Positions 49,871 through 59,405 of a DNA stretch of 64,000 nt are shown in pieces. Where the stretch lies: positions 77 through 64,076 of the forward strand of contig JAFQAT010000074.1 of the NCBI GenBank assembly GCA_017399865.1, read 5' to 3'. The DNA comes from Bacteroidales bacterium. Lineage in GTDB: Bacteria > Bacteroidota > Bacteroidia > Bacteroidales > UBA932. How positions within the stretch are numbered: the first letter of the stretch is position 1; each line of letters starts with the position of its first letter. Position numbers and translations under genes: made by a program. Below the pieces are notes generated by a model. That model searched no databases and had not been told where the DNA came from. It saw nothing but the letters and a program-made list of their open reading frames with translations.

Positions 49871-50431
49871 TCATTCCGCTTTATATTTGAACCTTTCATA
49901 TCTCAATGTCACAGGACCGGTTATTTCTACACTTTCGCCTGCGCTGCTCATTATGGTACAAGTCACAGTCGTACGGACCGTAAACTTCCCATAAGCAGTG
50001 TGCTCGAAGACCACGTCGGAATCGTCAGGAAATCTGAAACAGAGCTCAGCTTCACTGCCTCCAATAGTCACATCAATATCAGTCCTTACCTTTTTCACAT
50101 ATCTCGTCAAAGTCGGTGGCAACCCAGAAGAGTGAACAATGTATTTTATGTATGGTATCTCTATGTAACCGCCATCATCAGATATCACGGCACCAGTATC
50201 ACCGGCTCCTGCCAACACCTTCTTCCATTCATCATAATAATCATAAGATGCCACGCCATCGCCGTCTAGATCGATCGGATCCGGTCCCTCCCATATTCCG
50301 CTCTCGACCTGATAATATCCCCTTATCGTGTCAAGAGCCTTCTCCCGAAGGTCTGCTTCCCATACCTTTTCGCATGATACGGACAGAAACATCAGAATTG
50401 ATACAAATATAATATTTCCTTTCATATTCAT
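49871..50431 (-). CDS. Hypothetical lipoprotein
   Basis: LSVSCEK lipobox; DLDGDG Ca-binding-like motif; start overlaps the upstream stop. Confidence 0.72.
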   Translation of the reverse strand: MNMKGNIIFVSILMFLSVSCEKVWEADLREKALDTIRGYYQVESGIWEGPDPIDLDGDGVASYDYYDEWKKVLAGAGDTGAVISDDGGYIEIPYIKYIVHSSGLPPTLTRYVKKVRTDIDVTIGGSEAELCFRFPDDSDVVFEHTAYGKFTVRTTVTCTIMSSAGESVEITGPVTLRYERFKYKAE

Positions 50432-51465
50432 CAATATCTTAACCATTCCGACTCATATGTACTCGCAGTTCCGAACATACCTGCTCCGCCTGAGATGTTT
50501 GTATACACATAAACAGGCGGCGTGAAACCCATATATACAGGAAGAAAAGAGTTCTTACCTACATATCGGGCTGCCAGATAATCGTAGGTTTCTGCAGAAA
50601 TCCTGTACAGCTTGACCCTGTATTCATATGACTGATATACAGCATAGCTAAGCCCTGTCAAGGCATCGAAGCCTGATGACAGTATCGTCCTCTTTGTGGG
50701 TTCGACCATAGCTGATACTGTCGCCTTGCCATAATTTCCCTTCGACCTCGATATGAAAGTCTCTCCCCCATCGAAGTCCACCACCATTTCAGGATCGATT
50801 GAAGACAGTTCCCCGTTATCTGGCAATAATCCGTTGACATAAAGGTCATCGGTCTGCTCGATCAGTTCCTCCTTTTCCAGCATTTCCCTTTCATGATCAG
50901 GAACATTGCCTTCGTACTCAAATACCTTTCTTTTAAGGACCTGCATACAGAAACAGGTCTCGTCATCCGGGGATTCATCGATCTGGGCAGTAAACACCCA
51001 CAATGTCTTGAGTTCGTCTGTGTCCATCCCGGCTCCGTCATTCTTATAACTTTGCGATTCCCCCTTCAGAATCTTAACTTCCGGTATCCGGGCAGGAACG
51101 GCTGCTTCCGTATGGACCGAAGGCAAGTCGCCGCAAGATGCCTGCAGCGTAAGTTTCTGCCCCGGAGAAAAAACGGCATCCGTTGTATACGACAGCATAT
51201 CATTTCCGGAGTTCACAGGATCAGGAGTCAGTTCCACCGGCTTGCCGTCCGCTTCCAGGACCAGTTTCAGATACCCCAGATATGTATTATCAGCGGCTCC
51301 GATCGGCTTTGCGATACCGATGTCTATCCGGCTTTGCCCGTTGTCCTTGACCAGAGCGTTCACATAGATTCTTCCGGACTCTTCCGCCGGAAATTCAACC
51401 GTCTTCTCACATGAAACGAACGCTGCAGAAATGAACAGTATCAATGATCTTATATATCTTCTCAT
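50431..51465 (-). CDS. DUF4249-like lipoprotein
   Basis: FVSCEK lipobox; C-terminal YTNISGGAGMFG; follows a TonB-dependent receptor. Confidence 0.78.
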   Translation of the reverse strand: MRRYIRSLILFISAAFVSCEKTVEFPAEESGRIYVNALVKDNGQSRIDIGIAKPIGAADNTYLGYLKLVLEADGKPVELTPDPVNSGNDMLSYTTDAVFSPGQKLTLQASCGDLPSVHTEAAVPARIPEVKILKGESQSYKNDGAGMDTDELKTLWVFTAQIDESPDDETCFCMQVLKRKVFEYEGNVPDHEREMLEKEELIEQTDDLYVNGLLPDNGELSSIDPEMVVDFDGGETFISRSKGNYGKATVSAMVEPTKRTILSSGFDALTGLSYAVYQSYEYRVKLYRISAETYDYLAARYVGKNSFLPVYMGFTPPVYVYTNISGGAGMFGTASTYESEWLRY

Positions 51466-51469
51466 GATG

Positions 51470-53926
51470 TCAGAACCTTAAAGTGTAACTGAACGAAGGT
51501 ATCACAGGCACAGCAGATATGATGCGCAGGTCCGTGTCACGCTCTTCATGATCAAGCTTCGCAAACATCGGATTCATCCTGCAGTATGCATTATATACGC
51601 TTATATTCCAGATGCTTTCATATCCACGCCTGGTCGTCTTTCGGAAATTGACTCCTATGTCAAGCCTGTGATAATCAGGGAGCTTGTAATTGTACGGATG
51701 ACTGTAGAAGACTTCATCGCCGACCATCTGAGTCGGGATTGTTGCACGGTCGCCGGTATGATAGTTCCATGCCGCATACATGTCGACAGTCTTGCTGAAA
51801 CGATGGGACGCATTGACCGTAAACTTGTGTCTGTTGTCGTTTCTGGCCGGATACCAGTCAGGCCATATGTCCTTGAAATACCTCTCCGTCCATGACAATG
51901 TATAATAAGCCGACACGTCGGTCGTCTTAGTCTTCCAGATCAGTTCCATTTCTGCTCCATATGATCTTCCGACACCGCTCACAAGTTCGTTTTCCCAAGC
52001 TGAAATGTCCGGATAAAAGCTGCTGACACCACGATATTCGTACAGGTTGGTCATGTCTTTCCAATACCCTTCTACATTAAGAGCAATGCCATGCGGCAGA
52101 TCCAGGTAAATGCCTCCGGCAAGCTGCCTCGAGCGAGACGGCAGGACTCTGCCGCGAGACGGCAACCAGCTTGACATCGGTATGTCCAGATAGTTTGCAC
52201 GAAGATTGTGGACGAACTGGCTCATCTCGCTATAGGACAGCTTGAAAGCGGCCATAGAGCCAAGCTGAAGTCTGACAGCAGCGCGCGGTTCCACCGAGTG
52301 AAACGTCCCGGAACCTGCCATGAATCCGGCATAACGGACTCCGACATTTGTCCTGAACCAGCCGGCAAGGGCAATCTCATCTTCAAGATATATGGCAAAT
52401 TCCGACGGATCATATGAATTCTTTACCGAATCACTCTCATGGACCTGAACGGAATTGTAGAAAGACTCGTCGGTGTCGGTCCGGATCTGACGGGATATAT
52501 AGCTGAGATCCTTCATATCACGGAAAAGATGTCTGGTAAGCAAGGCACCGGCTCTGATATGATGAACCTCCGACGGCACCCAGTCCAGATCCACTTTCGC
52601 GGACAGGTCATGGAGCCGGCTCCGATTGGATTCGGACAGGTCGATTTCATCTATCTGCGGATAGTCGGCATCCATTCCCCAACGGCTGTTAAGCAATCCT
52701 ACTTCACTGTTCACCCGTGTATAATAAAGAATCATGTCCAGACGCAAATCATCTGAAAACTTCATATCCCAATTCAGGCTTGCCAGCACATTCCCCCAGC
52801 GCGCATCGAGGTTGTGCCCGTTCTTTCCTGTAAAGCGTCTTCCCTCCCAGTACTTCACGGCAAGTGTCTCATAGCCATACCGTACCACATCAGACCCGGC
52901 ATAAAGATTCAATGACAGTCTGTTGTCCTTGCTGAACAGATGAGTGAAGGACGCATTGAAGTCCGTCATCGCATATCTTAATCTGCGTTTCTCCCCGTAT
53001 GGCAATGTGGCATTGGATATTGCTATCGCCGGAACTGTCAGCAAGTCGAACCAGCTGCGGCGCAGTCCTATATTGAATGATGTCTTGCCCGGCACTATAG
53101 GTCCTTCGAACCGGATTCCGCCGTTCAGCAATCCGATGTTCATGGAGCCATGATACGAGTCCATGCTTCCCTGACGTGTCGTGACATCAACGACTGAAGA
53201 TGTTCTGCCTCCGAACCTTGAAGGAAAACCGCTCTTGTAGAAATCCAGATTATCGACCATCTCCGTATTGAATGACGAGACAAGGCCGCCAAGATGTGTC
53301 ACCTGATATAAAGGGACACCATCCAGAAGGAAAAGATTGTCTGAGCCGTCGCCTCCATGAACATACATGCCGGACAGAAGTTCCGTTCCTTCTGCCACTC
53401 CCGGAAGGCTCTTGATTTCCTTGATCAGATCAGGAGATCCCAGCACAGCATATCCTTTCTCGAAACGCTTGAAATCTATCGGATGAAGACCTGTCTGCGT
53501 ACTGTTCCGCCGGCGCACGACATGGGCTATTATCTTGGATTCCTGTATGGTGTCCTGCTGCCCTGTAATGAAGATGGTATAGTCCTTGGGCTTCTTTCGG
53601 GCGCCTTCCCTTGTCAGAACAATATATTTCTTCATCTGCTCATATCCGATGCCGGAGCCGGCAAAGGTCGCACTGAGGCATTGTTCCAGAGAGATGGCAT
53701 CTCCATCAGATTCTTTGCAGGGAACATCCAGATCGATCGATGAGTCATAGACAAAGTTCACTCCGAACATTTCATGCATGGCTTCCATACGTGACTTCAA
53801 GGTACCGTCGGGCGCCTGCCTGCGCGAAGCAGCGCCTGCATCCGGGACAATGATCCCTGACGCAGACAGAAAGACCGAGATAATAAATAACACTACATGC
53901 TTCATTAACTGTTCCTGATTTCTCAT
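51470..53926 (-). CDS. TonB-dependent receptor with N-terminal STN-like domain
   Basis: LPGV, VHGG..DNLFLLDGVPLY, YKSGFPSRFGGR.SSV plug; LPDYHRLD; C-terminal SYTLRF; start may be 53905. Confidence 0.9.
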   Translation of the reverse strand: MRNQEQLMKHVVLFIISVFLSASGIIVPDAGAASRRQAPDGTLKSRMEAMHEMFGVNFVYDSSIDLDVPCKESDGDAISLEQCLSATFAGSGIGYEQMKKYIVLTREGARKKPKDYTIFITGQQDTIQESKIIAHVVRRRNSTQTGLHPIDFKRFEKGYAVLGSPDLIKEIKSLPGVAEGTELLSGMYVHGGDGSDNLFLLDGVPLYQVTHLGGLVSSFNTEMVDNLDFYKSGFPSRFGGRTSSVVDVTTRQGSMDSYHGSMNIGLLNGGIRFEGPIVPGKTSFNIGLRRSWFDLLTVPAIAISNATLPYGEKRRLRYAMTDFNASFTHLFSKDNRLSLNLYAGSDVVRYGYETLAVKYWEGRRFTGKNGHNLDARWGNVLASLNWDMKFSDDLRLDMILYYTRVNSEVGLLNSRWGMDADYPQIDEIDLSESNRSRLHDLSAKVDLDWVPSEVHHIRAGALLTRHLFRDMKDLSYISRQIRTDTDESFYNSVQVHESDSVKNSYDPSEFAIYLEDEIALAGWFRTNVGVRYAGFMAGSGTFHSVEPRAAVRLQLGSMAAFKLSYSEMSQFVHNLRANYLDIPMSSWLPSRGRVLPSRSRQLAGGIYLDLPHGIALNVEGYWKDMTNLYEYRGVSSFYPDISAWENELVSGVGRSYGAEMELIWKTKTTDVSAYYTLSWTERYFKDIWPDWYPARNDNRHKFTVNASHRFSKTVDMYAAWNYHTGDRATIPTQMVGDEVFYSHPYNYKLPDYHRLDIGVNFRKTTRRGYESIWNISVYNAYCRMNPMFAKLDHEERDTDLRIISAVPVIPSFSYTLRF

Positions 53927-53968
53927 TAATGAGACGGAGAGACTGCCTGAAAGTACTACATATATTCA

Positions 53969-53996
53969 CAAAGTTAAAATAAAAATAGTACTTTTG
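53969..53996. promoter_or_regulatory. Divergent -7 elements for the TBDR operon and the surface-protein array
   Basis: Minus strand TAACTTTG (53969-53976) and plus strand TACTTTTG (53989-53996). Confidence 0.6.
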
Positions 53997-54036
53997 GACA
54001 AAAGATTCGTCATCTGTATGAAACTATCATTTTAAC

Positions 54037-54690
54037 ATGTTCATTATGAAACGGACCTTATTCATTCTGGCAGCGGTTGCTGCCCTCTGTTTCCCGGCAT
54101 CTGCACAGCAGAAGGGAGAACAGTCGCTTGGTTTTTTCTTTGGCTATGACACGGGAATCACCGAGTATACGTTAAATCTGCGCAGCGGCTTTCCTGCGAC
54201 CCAGACGATTACTGCCAACAACGGCCACAATCTTATGGCAGCTGTCGAGTACAGTTACTTTGTGGCAGACAACCTGCGCATTTCAGCGACCTTGAGCTAC
54301 GGATTTCAAGGAGACCCGGAGACTCCGAGCATTGCCCACACAATAAACATCGCGCCCGGTCTAGCATATTATGTCAGGCTAGCACCGAACTTTTACTACA
54401 CCCCTAACATGAGTTTCGGCTTTGCCGCCAGTCTGACAAGCAGCGGCATCCTGAGCAAAGATTGGGAATCAATGTCACTGACCGGTCTAGGTGCAGAGCT
54501 GCAGCCTCTGGCAGTAGAATTCCGCCCTACAGAGAAATTTGCCATGAGCGTAAGCATCTTCTCGATTCAAGGCGTTGCGATGCAGGGCAAATTTGACTTC
54601 ACAGGGGGCAACGACTTTAACATTTCCGGAATGGGACTGGCGCTCGATTGTCTCATGAACCCCCAGATCGGTTTCAAACTATATTTCTAA
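54037..54690 (+). CDS. Outer-membrane beta-barrel protein
   Basis: Signal peptide, amphipathic strands, C-terminal GFKLYF. Confidence 0.78.
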   Translation: MFIMKRTLFILAAVAALCFPASAQQKGEQSLGFFFGYDTGITEYTLNLRSGFPATQTITANNGHNLMAAVEYSYFVADNLRISATLSYGFQGDPETPSIAHTINIAPGLAYYVRLAPNFYYTPNMSFGFAASLTSSGILSKDWESMSLTGLGAELQPLAVEFRPTEKFAMSVSIFSIQGVAMQGKFDFTGGNDFNISGMGLALDCLMNPQIGFKLYF

Positions 54691-54696
54691 ACTGCC

Positions 54697-55203
54697 ATGA
54701 AAAGATTCATTATAATTATTGCCGCTGTAGCTGGATTCGTCTTCAGCGCCAATGCACAGACCTATTATGACGACGGTGAACTTTCCGTTTCGCACGACAC
54801 ATTCTGCCTCAACGGCATGCCTCTTGACGATGGACAAGTTCTCGACCTGCTTGGAAAAGAAGTATATGACAACGAGTATCTTCCAGCGAAGAAGAAACTT
54901 AAAACCGCCGGCACTCTTGAGTATATCGGTGGCACGATGATAGGATTCGGAATCGGATGCGCAATCGGCGACCTTCTCAGCAATAAGATCTACGGCGGAG
55001 AATTGAATGCAAAGTCATACATTACATATGGATGCATAAGCCTGGCGGGAGTGATTCCGTCGATAATAGGAGTGGGTATGTCACGAAACGGCATGGCGAC
55101 ATATGCACGTATCGCTGAATCATACAACAAGAGCACTGGCAAGGTGACAGAACTTACATTGAGCCATGCGAAATCCGGACTCGGAATCGCCCTGAACTTC
55201 TAA
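54697..55203 (+). CDS. Secreted hypothetical protein with two Gly-rich hydrophobic helices
   Basis: Signal peptide (ANA-Q); ends GLGIALNF. Confidence 0.72.
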   Translation: MKRFIIIIAAVAGFVFSANAQTYYDDGELSVSHDTFCLNGMPLDDGQVLDLLGKEVYDNEYLPAKKKLKTAGTLEYIGGTMIGFGIGCAIGDLLSNKIYGGELNAKSYITYGCISLAGVIPSIIGVGMSRNGMATYARIAESYNKSTGKVTELTLSHAKSGLGIALNF

Positions 55204-55212
55204 AGAAAGATC

Positions 55213-55824
55213 ATGAAGCATTTCTTATCTACAATCATGTTCATCATGGCTGAATGGGTCATGTATGCAAATGAACCTCAGCCGGATAAGAAGATCGGGC
55301 CGGTTCCTGTAAAGCATTGGGAATTCGATTACATGAATTATGGTGTCACGGCCGGTCAAGGAACCGCTTATATCAACATGCTGACGGGAGTCAGGTATAA
55401 TCTTGACGATACTCTGTTCGATGTCGGCGGAGAGCTGGCTTTCGGTGCAACGCCTCATGACCATTCTGATCCATTGGAACTGGAAAAGGGAAAGGTGACC
55501 AAAAGGACTTATTTCATGCTAGGTCCTGCGGCGCATTATAATTTCCGCCGCGGCAGGAATGCTTCATTTTATGTCGGACTGGGAGTCGGAGCCGGACTTG
55601 GCACCAGAAATGTTTTCCTCAATTGCACCGCCGGGCCTGATGGGGAAATAAGCGAAGAATGGGACCTGAAGAGGTATTTTGTCGCTGCACTTACCCCAAG
55701 ATTCGGAGTAGAGCTGTTCAGACATTTCAGAATCGGAATCCAGGTCCGCATACCTACTGACGGCGAAGTGACGGTGGGTCCGAGCATGAGCCTCGCCATA
55801 GGAGGAGGAAAGAAAGACAAATAA
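55213..55824 (+). CDS. Outer-membrane beta-barrel-like protein
   Basis: GVRYNL, FDVGGE, HYNFRRG..SFYVGLGVG, PRFGVELFRHFR strands. Confidence 0.72.
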   Translation: MKHFLSTIMFIMAEWVMYANEPQPDKKIGPVPVKHWEFDYMNYGVTAGQGTAYINMLTGVRYNLDDTLFDVGGELAFGATPHDHSDPLELEKGKVTKRTYFMLGPAAHYNFRRGRNASFYVGLGVGAGLGTRNVFLNCTAGPDGEISEEWDLKRYFVAALTPRFGVELFRHFRIGIQVRIPTDGEVTVGPSMSLAIGGGKKDK

Positions 55825-55841
55825 TTTAAATCAACAATCAT

Positions 55842-56306
55842 ATGAAAAGATTATTGCTGTTTATGATCATGCTGCTGTCATCGGCAGCCATTTCCTTTGC
55901 ACAGTATGCAGCCAGACCTGCAGAAGACATAGCCTTGACAAAGGAGTTCAAGATCGCTAAAGGCACAAAGACTGCCGGCATAGTCGCTGCAAGCGCAGGA
56001 GCCGCTGCCTGGCTGTGCGGAAGCGTGATATGTGTCGTGGAGGAAAACCGCTATATAAACACGAATTCCACTTCAGGAGGCATTGAGGAAATCTATGACC
56101 TGAAGCAGGAGGCGAAGAAACAGCCAGGATATAAGAAGGGCCAGGCTGTAGAAATAACGGGATATGTCATGATGCTGGCCGGCGCCGGAACGATATGGGT
56201 CGGACAGAGCAAGATAAAGAAACTGAAGAATGCGGCAGGAACGACTGCCGCAACCCTTGATTATGGAGTAAACGGAGCCGGAGTTGCGCTGGCATTGAAA
56301 TTCTGA
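55842..56306 (+). CDS. Secreted hypothetical protein, same architecture as 54697-55203
   Basis: Signal peptide (SFA-Q), KTAG plus two hydrophobic helices, ends GVALALKF. Confidence 0.72.
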   Translation: MKRLLLFMIMLLSSAAISFAQYAARPAEDIALTKEFKIAKGTKTAGIVAASAGAAAWLCGSVICVVEENRYINTNSTSGGIEEIYDLKQEAKKQPGYKKGQAVEITGYVMMLAGAGTIWVGQSKIKKLKNAAGTTAATLDYGVNGAGVALALKF

Positions 56307-56385
56307 TATCATGAAGATTGTGCCTTGTGATATCCAAAAGCCAAAACACCAACATCGCCAGTCATCCCCTGAAACGAATTTATCT

Positions 56386-57591
56386 ATGGTAATCACCAGA
56401 ACAATATTGACCATCTTTGCCATTCTTGGTGTCTGCATCGCCAATGCACAAAATGACAGCAAGATACTCCCCAAGGATCCACCTTCTATAACATTTACAG
56501 TGGATGAGGGTCTTTCATTGCCGGAAGATCATTTCTCTTATCCTGTGGACGCAAACCACATATATTACTCATCCTTGAAGTATTGCGGTGTCGATTATGA
56601 CAATGGGGATTCTTTGAATGATAGTTTTTCTTCAAAGGATCACAGACTGCGTCAAAGCCGGTTCACGGGAGAAAACATCTATGGTAATTCACATCAGGTC
56701 ATGTTCTCAATGTTCATTAGGGCATATGCTGAACACAGGCCTGTCGTCCTTTCTCCTGACGCAATCTGGCTGCTCATAAGTCAGTCGTTTTCGTATCATG
56801 TGAACAGGGACTCGGAAGCACTACGTTCAAAGATTGTAGACCACAAGGACAAGAAGACATTGACCATTCGATCATTCACCGACCTGATGGGCGAAGAAGC
56901 GGATTGGGCTGCCATTGCGGATATGTTTGCAAATGCTATCATATCAAATACGAAAGGTGATATTGCAGAGACCCTTATTGCAGACTTTACCACTACCGGA
57001 GAAACCGAACGTATGGTATCACAGATCACACTTATGAACTCAATGAAGTCATATTTCGACTATGAAGCGATCTGGGCAATATGCGGAATACCTTCGGTTA
57101 CATTGACCGGAACACCAGAAGACTGGAAAGAAGTGCTGGCCAAGACAGAAAAACTCGGTAACTATGGATTGAGATGGTGGACTAAGAAACTGATTCCTAT
57201 ATTGGAAGAATTCGTTGACGCTTCTGAGGGAAAACCGGACTATAAGTTCTGGCAGGATATGGTCAAGAGAAGGAAACCCGGAGAAGTCAGAGGAGCCGGC
57301 TGTACCAGACGCTCAAAGAAGCCGACAAAATTTGACGGATGGTTCCTGAACTTCTTTCCTTTTGACGAGAATGGACGTACTCCATCTAAGGTGGACATGT
57401 ATCATCAGATGCTGCCTGAAGTGGTCAGAGCAGAATTCCTTTATAAGATTGTAAATGCAGAAGGCGAAGTTCTGAGCGAGCAACCGATGGAGATGGTTGC
57501 CGGATTTGTCGGTTATGAGGAAGATAAGGAAACATATGCACTGACTCCCGTTATCGGATGGATGATAGGAACTTATAGTAAGATAGACTAG
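56386..57591 (+). CDS. DUF4419-like secreted protein
   Basis: AYAEHRPVVLSPDAIWL, DFTTT, SYFDY..CGIPSVTLTGTPEDW; signal peptide if started at 56386. Confidence 0.8.
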   Translation: MVITRTILTIFAILGVCIANAQNDSKILPKDPPSITFTVDEGLSLPEDHFSYPVDANHIYYSSLKYCGVDYDNGDSLNDSFSSKDHRLRQSRFTGENIYGNSHQVMFSMFIRAYAEHRPVVLSPDAIWLLISQSFSYHVNRDSEALRSKIVDHKDKKTLTIRSFTDLMGEEADWAAIADMFANAIISNTKGDIAETLIADFTTTGETERMVSQITLMNSMKSYFDYEAIWAICGIPSVTLTGTPEDWKEVLAKTEKLGNYGLRWWTKKLIPILEEFVDASEGKPDYKFWQDMVKRRKPGEVRGAGCTRRSKKPTKFDGWFLNFFPFDENGRTPSKVDMYHQMLPEVVRAEFLYKIVNAEGEVLSEQPMEMVAGFVGYEEDKETYALTPVIGWMIGTYSKID

Positions 57592-57597
57592 TTAACA

Positions 57598-58317
57598 ATG
57601 AAAGAGACGATACTGAAATATTGGTGGGCTCAGGTGGTAATGCTTTCTGTATTTGAGATACTGAGCATCTGCGTGGAATTGACATCTTGTGTCTTCTGGG
57701 CTGACCTGGTATCCGTATTATGCGCAGTAACATTTCTTACCATCATGATATCATGGGTGTATCTGCTCAAGAACAGAAAGTGGTGGCAATGCATCGTCTC
57801 ATTTCTGACTTCAACAATCATTTCTGCCGTCTATCTTCTGGCTTTAGGGTTCACGATAATGTTTTATCCGCACAGCGATGAGTTCGGACAGAAACATCCG
57901 ATTCCCGAAGGATTGGAATACTCCATTCCATCAGATTATGGAAAAAGTGCAGTTGCACATGCAGATAGTCTTGATACAGATTCTTATCTCCGGATTTGGA
58001 ACGACCACCAAGGCGGGATGTATAAATATGACTTTTACTATGGAGCATTACCTGCAGGAGATATCTATCTGAAATGCTTTGAAGTAACCGAAAACAAACC
58101 GCTCTCCGCAGACAGCATACTCCAGGCAACCATGGTTTCTATAGAAAATTCTTCTACATTTGCACAGATTGTAAGCAAACAGCCCTTCACCATATTTGAA
58201 GGAGACTGGAATGAGTATTATGCAGCAAGAATAGAGGTATGGCATAAAGATGCCGCAACTCGACAGGAACAGAAACTTTATGAAAAGATTTACAGGGTTG
58301 AAGGTTGGATGAGATAA
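57598..58317 (+). CDS. Hypothetical membrane protein (3 TM plus soluble domain)
   Basis: N-terminal TMs; FTIFEGDW..YYAARIEVW, YRVEGWMR. Confidence 0.72.
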   Translation: MKETILKYWWAQVVMLSVFEILSICVELTSCVFWADLVSVLCAVTFLTIMISWVYLLKNRKWWQCIVSFLTSTIISAVYLLALGFTIMFYPHSDEFGQKHPIPEGLEYSIPSDYGKSAVAHADSLDTDSYLRIWNDHQGGMYKYDFYYGALPAGDIYLKCFEVTENKPLSADSILQATMVSIENSSTFAQIVSKQPFTIFEGDWNEYYAARIEVWHKDAATRQEQKLYEKIYRVEGWMR

Positions 58318-58336
58318 ACACGAGATTAATTGATCA

Positions 58337-59395
58337 ATGAATAAATCAAGAATCATATCTATTACTTTGCTGGTGCTGTTCCACATTATGATTGTTGGGG
58401 CATTTGTGATAGATGCTGAAGCGCGTTATGGAATTTTGGCATTCTATGTTCTTCTGTTCTGTATATGGGCAATCGAGCATAGGAAGACCGGAAAGATAGA
58501 TGCCTTGCTGAACGGCATATCCGCAAGACACAGATTAGACAGCAGGAATGTGACGATTCTTCAGACCGGATATATCAGAATGCGCATAGACCGTCATGCT
58601 GCCGGCAGCTTCAGTTTCAAAACCCTTCTGCAGATTTCGGTGAACGTTCCTCCCGGCTATGATGCACAGGGGATGAAGGATACTGTAGAGACCATAAATG
58701 AGATAACAAAAGAGCTGCACTCGGAAGGACTGCTGGTTTCATGCCGGATGCGTGTTGATTCCATTGATGATGACGACACTGCTCTTCAGCGGGTCTATCC
58801 GCTGTTCATTACCGTAAACGAAAAGATTACTCCAGAACGCCTGGGAAAGTTTTACGACTCCCTGCTGGAAGCAATCAGGAATAACGGAAGCAATGATTGT
58901 GAGCATTTTACAATTACGGGAACAGAGTCCGGAACCATCTACAAGCATTACCGAGGCAATCTGTGTGTAGGAATGATAGAATGCGAACATGGCAGCCGTA
59001 TCTTCTTCAATTCATCCATCGACAGTTCTGTATATTACGGAGATGATGAGAAGGAATTCAGCGAAGTGCAATACAAGGAATTGAGAAGCTCCATCGCAGA
59101 AGATGGCCTCAGACTGAATCTTGATGAAGGAGCGGAATATATCAGGCAGATATTGAAGAAGCCTGGCAAAGGCATAAGCACTTCCATCTTTAAGGAGGAC
59201 GGCCATCTGTCGGTAACGGTCAGCGGCCGCAAGTCATCTGTAACCTACCATCTCAAAAGACAGGATGGTCTATGGTGGATTTACGACTATGGAAACATGA
59301 TGTCCGTACCGGTTCTTTCAACGGAAAACGAGACAGAAGCAGTACGCATGATGGTAAGGCTGGTGACAAACGTAAAGAGCAGACTTCAGAAATAA
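58337..59395 (+). CDS. Hypothetical membrane-anchored protein
   Basis: 352-aa ORF, two N-terminal TM helices, no recognised motif. Confidence 0.62.
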   Translation: MNKSRIISITLLVLFHIMIVGAFVIDAEARYGILAFYVLLFCIWAIEHRKTGKIDALLNGISARHRLDSRNVTILQTGYIRMRIDRHAAGSFSFKTLLQISVNVPPGYDAQGMKDTVETINEITKELHSEGLLVSCRMRVDSIDDDDTALQRVYPLFITVNEKITPERLGKFYDSLLEAIRNNGSNDCEHFTITGTESGTIYKHYRGNLCVGMIECEHGSRIFFNSSIDSSVYYGDDEKEFSEVQYKELRSSIAEDGLRLNLDEGAEYIRQILKKPGKGISTSIFKEDGHLSVTVSGRKSSVTYHLKRQDGLWWIYDYGNMMSVPVLSTENETEAVRMMVRLVTNVKSRLQK

Positions 59396-59405
59396 ATCGG
59401 AATAA

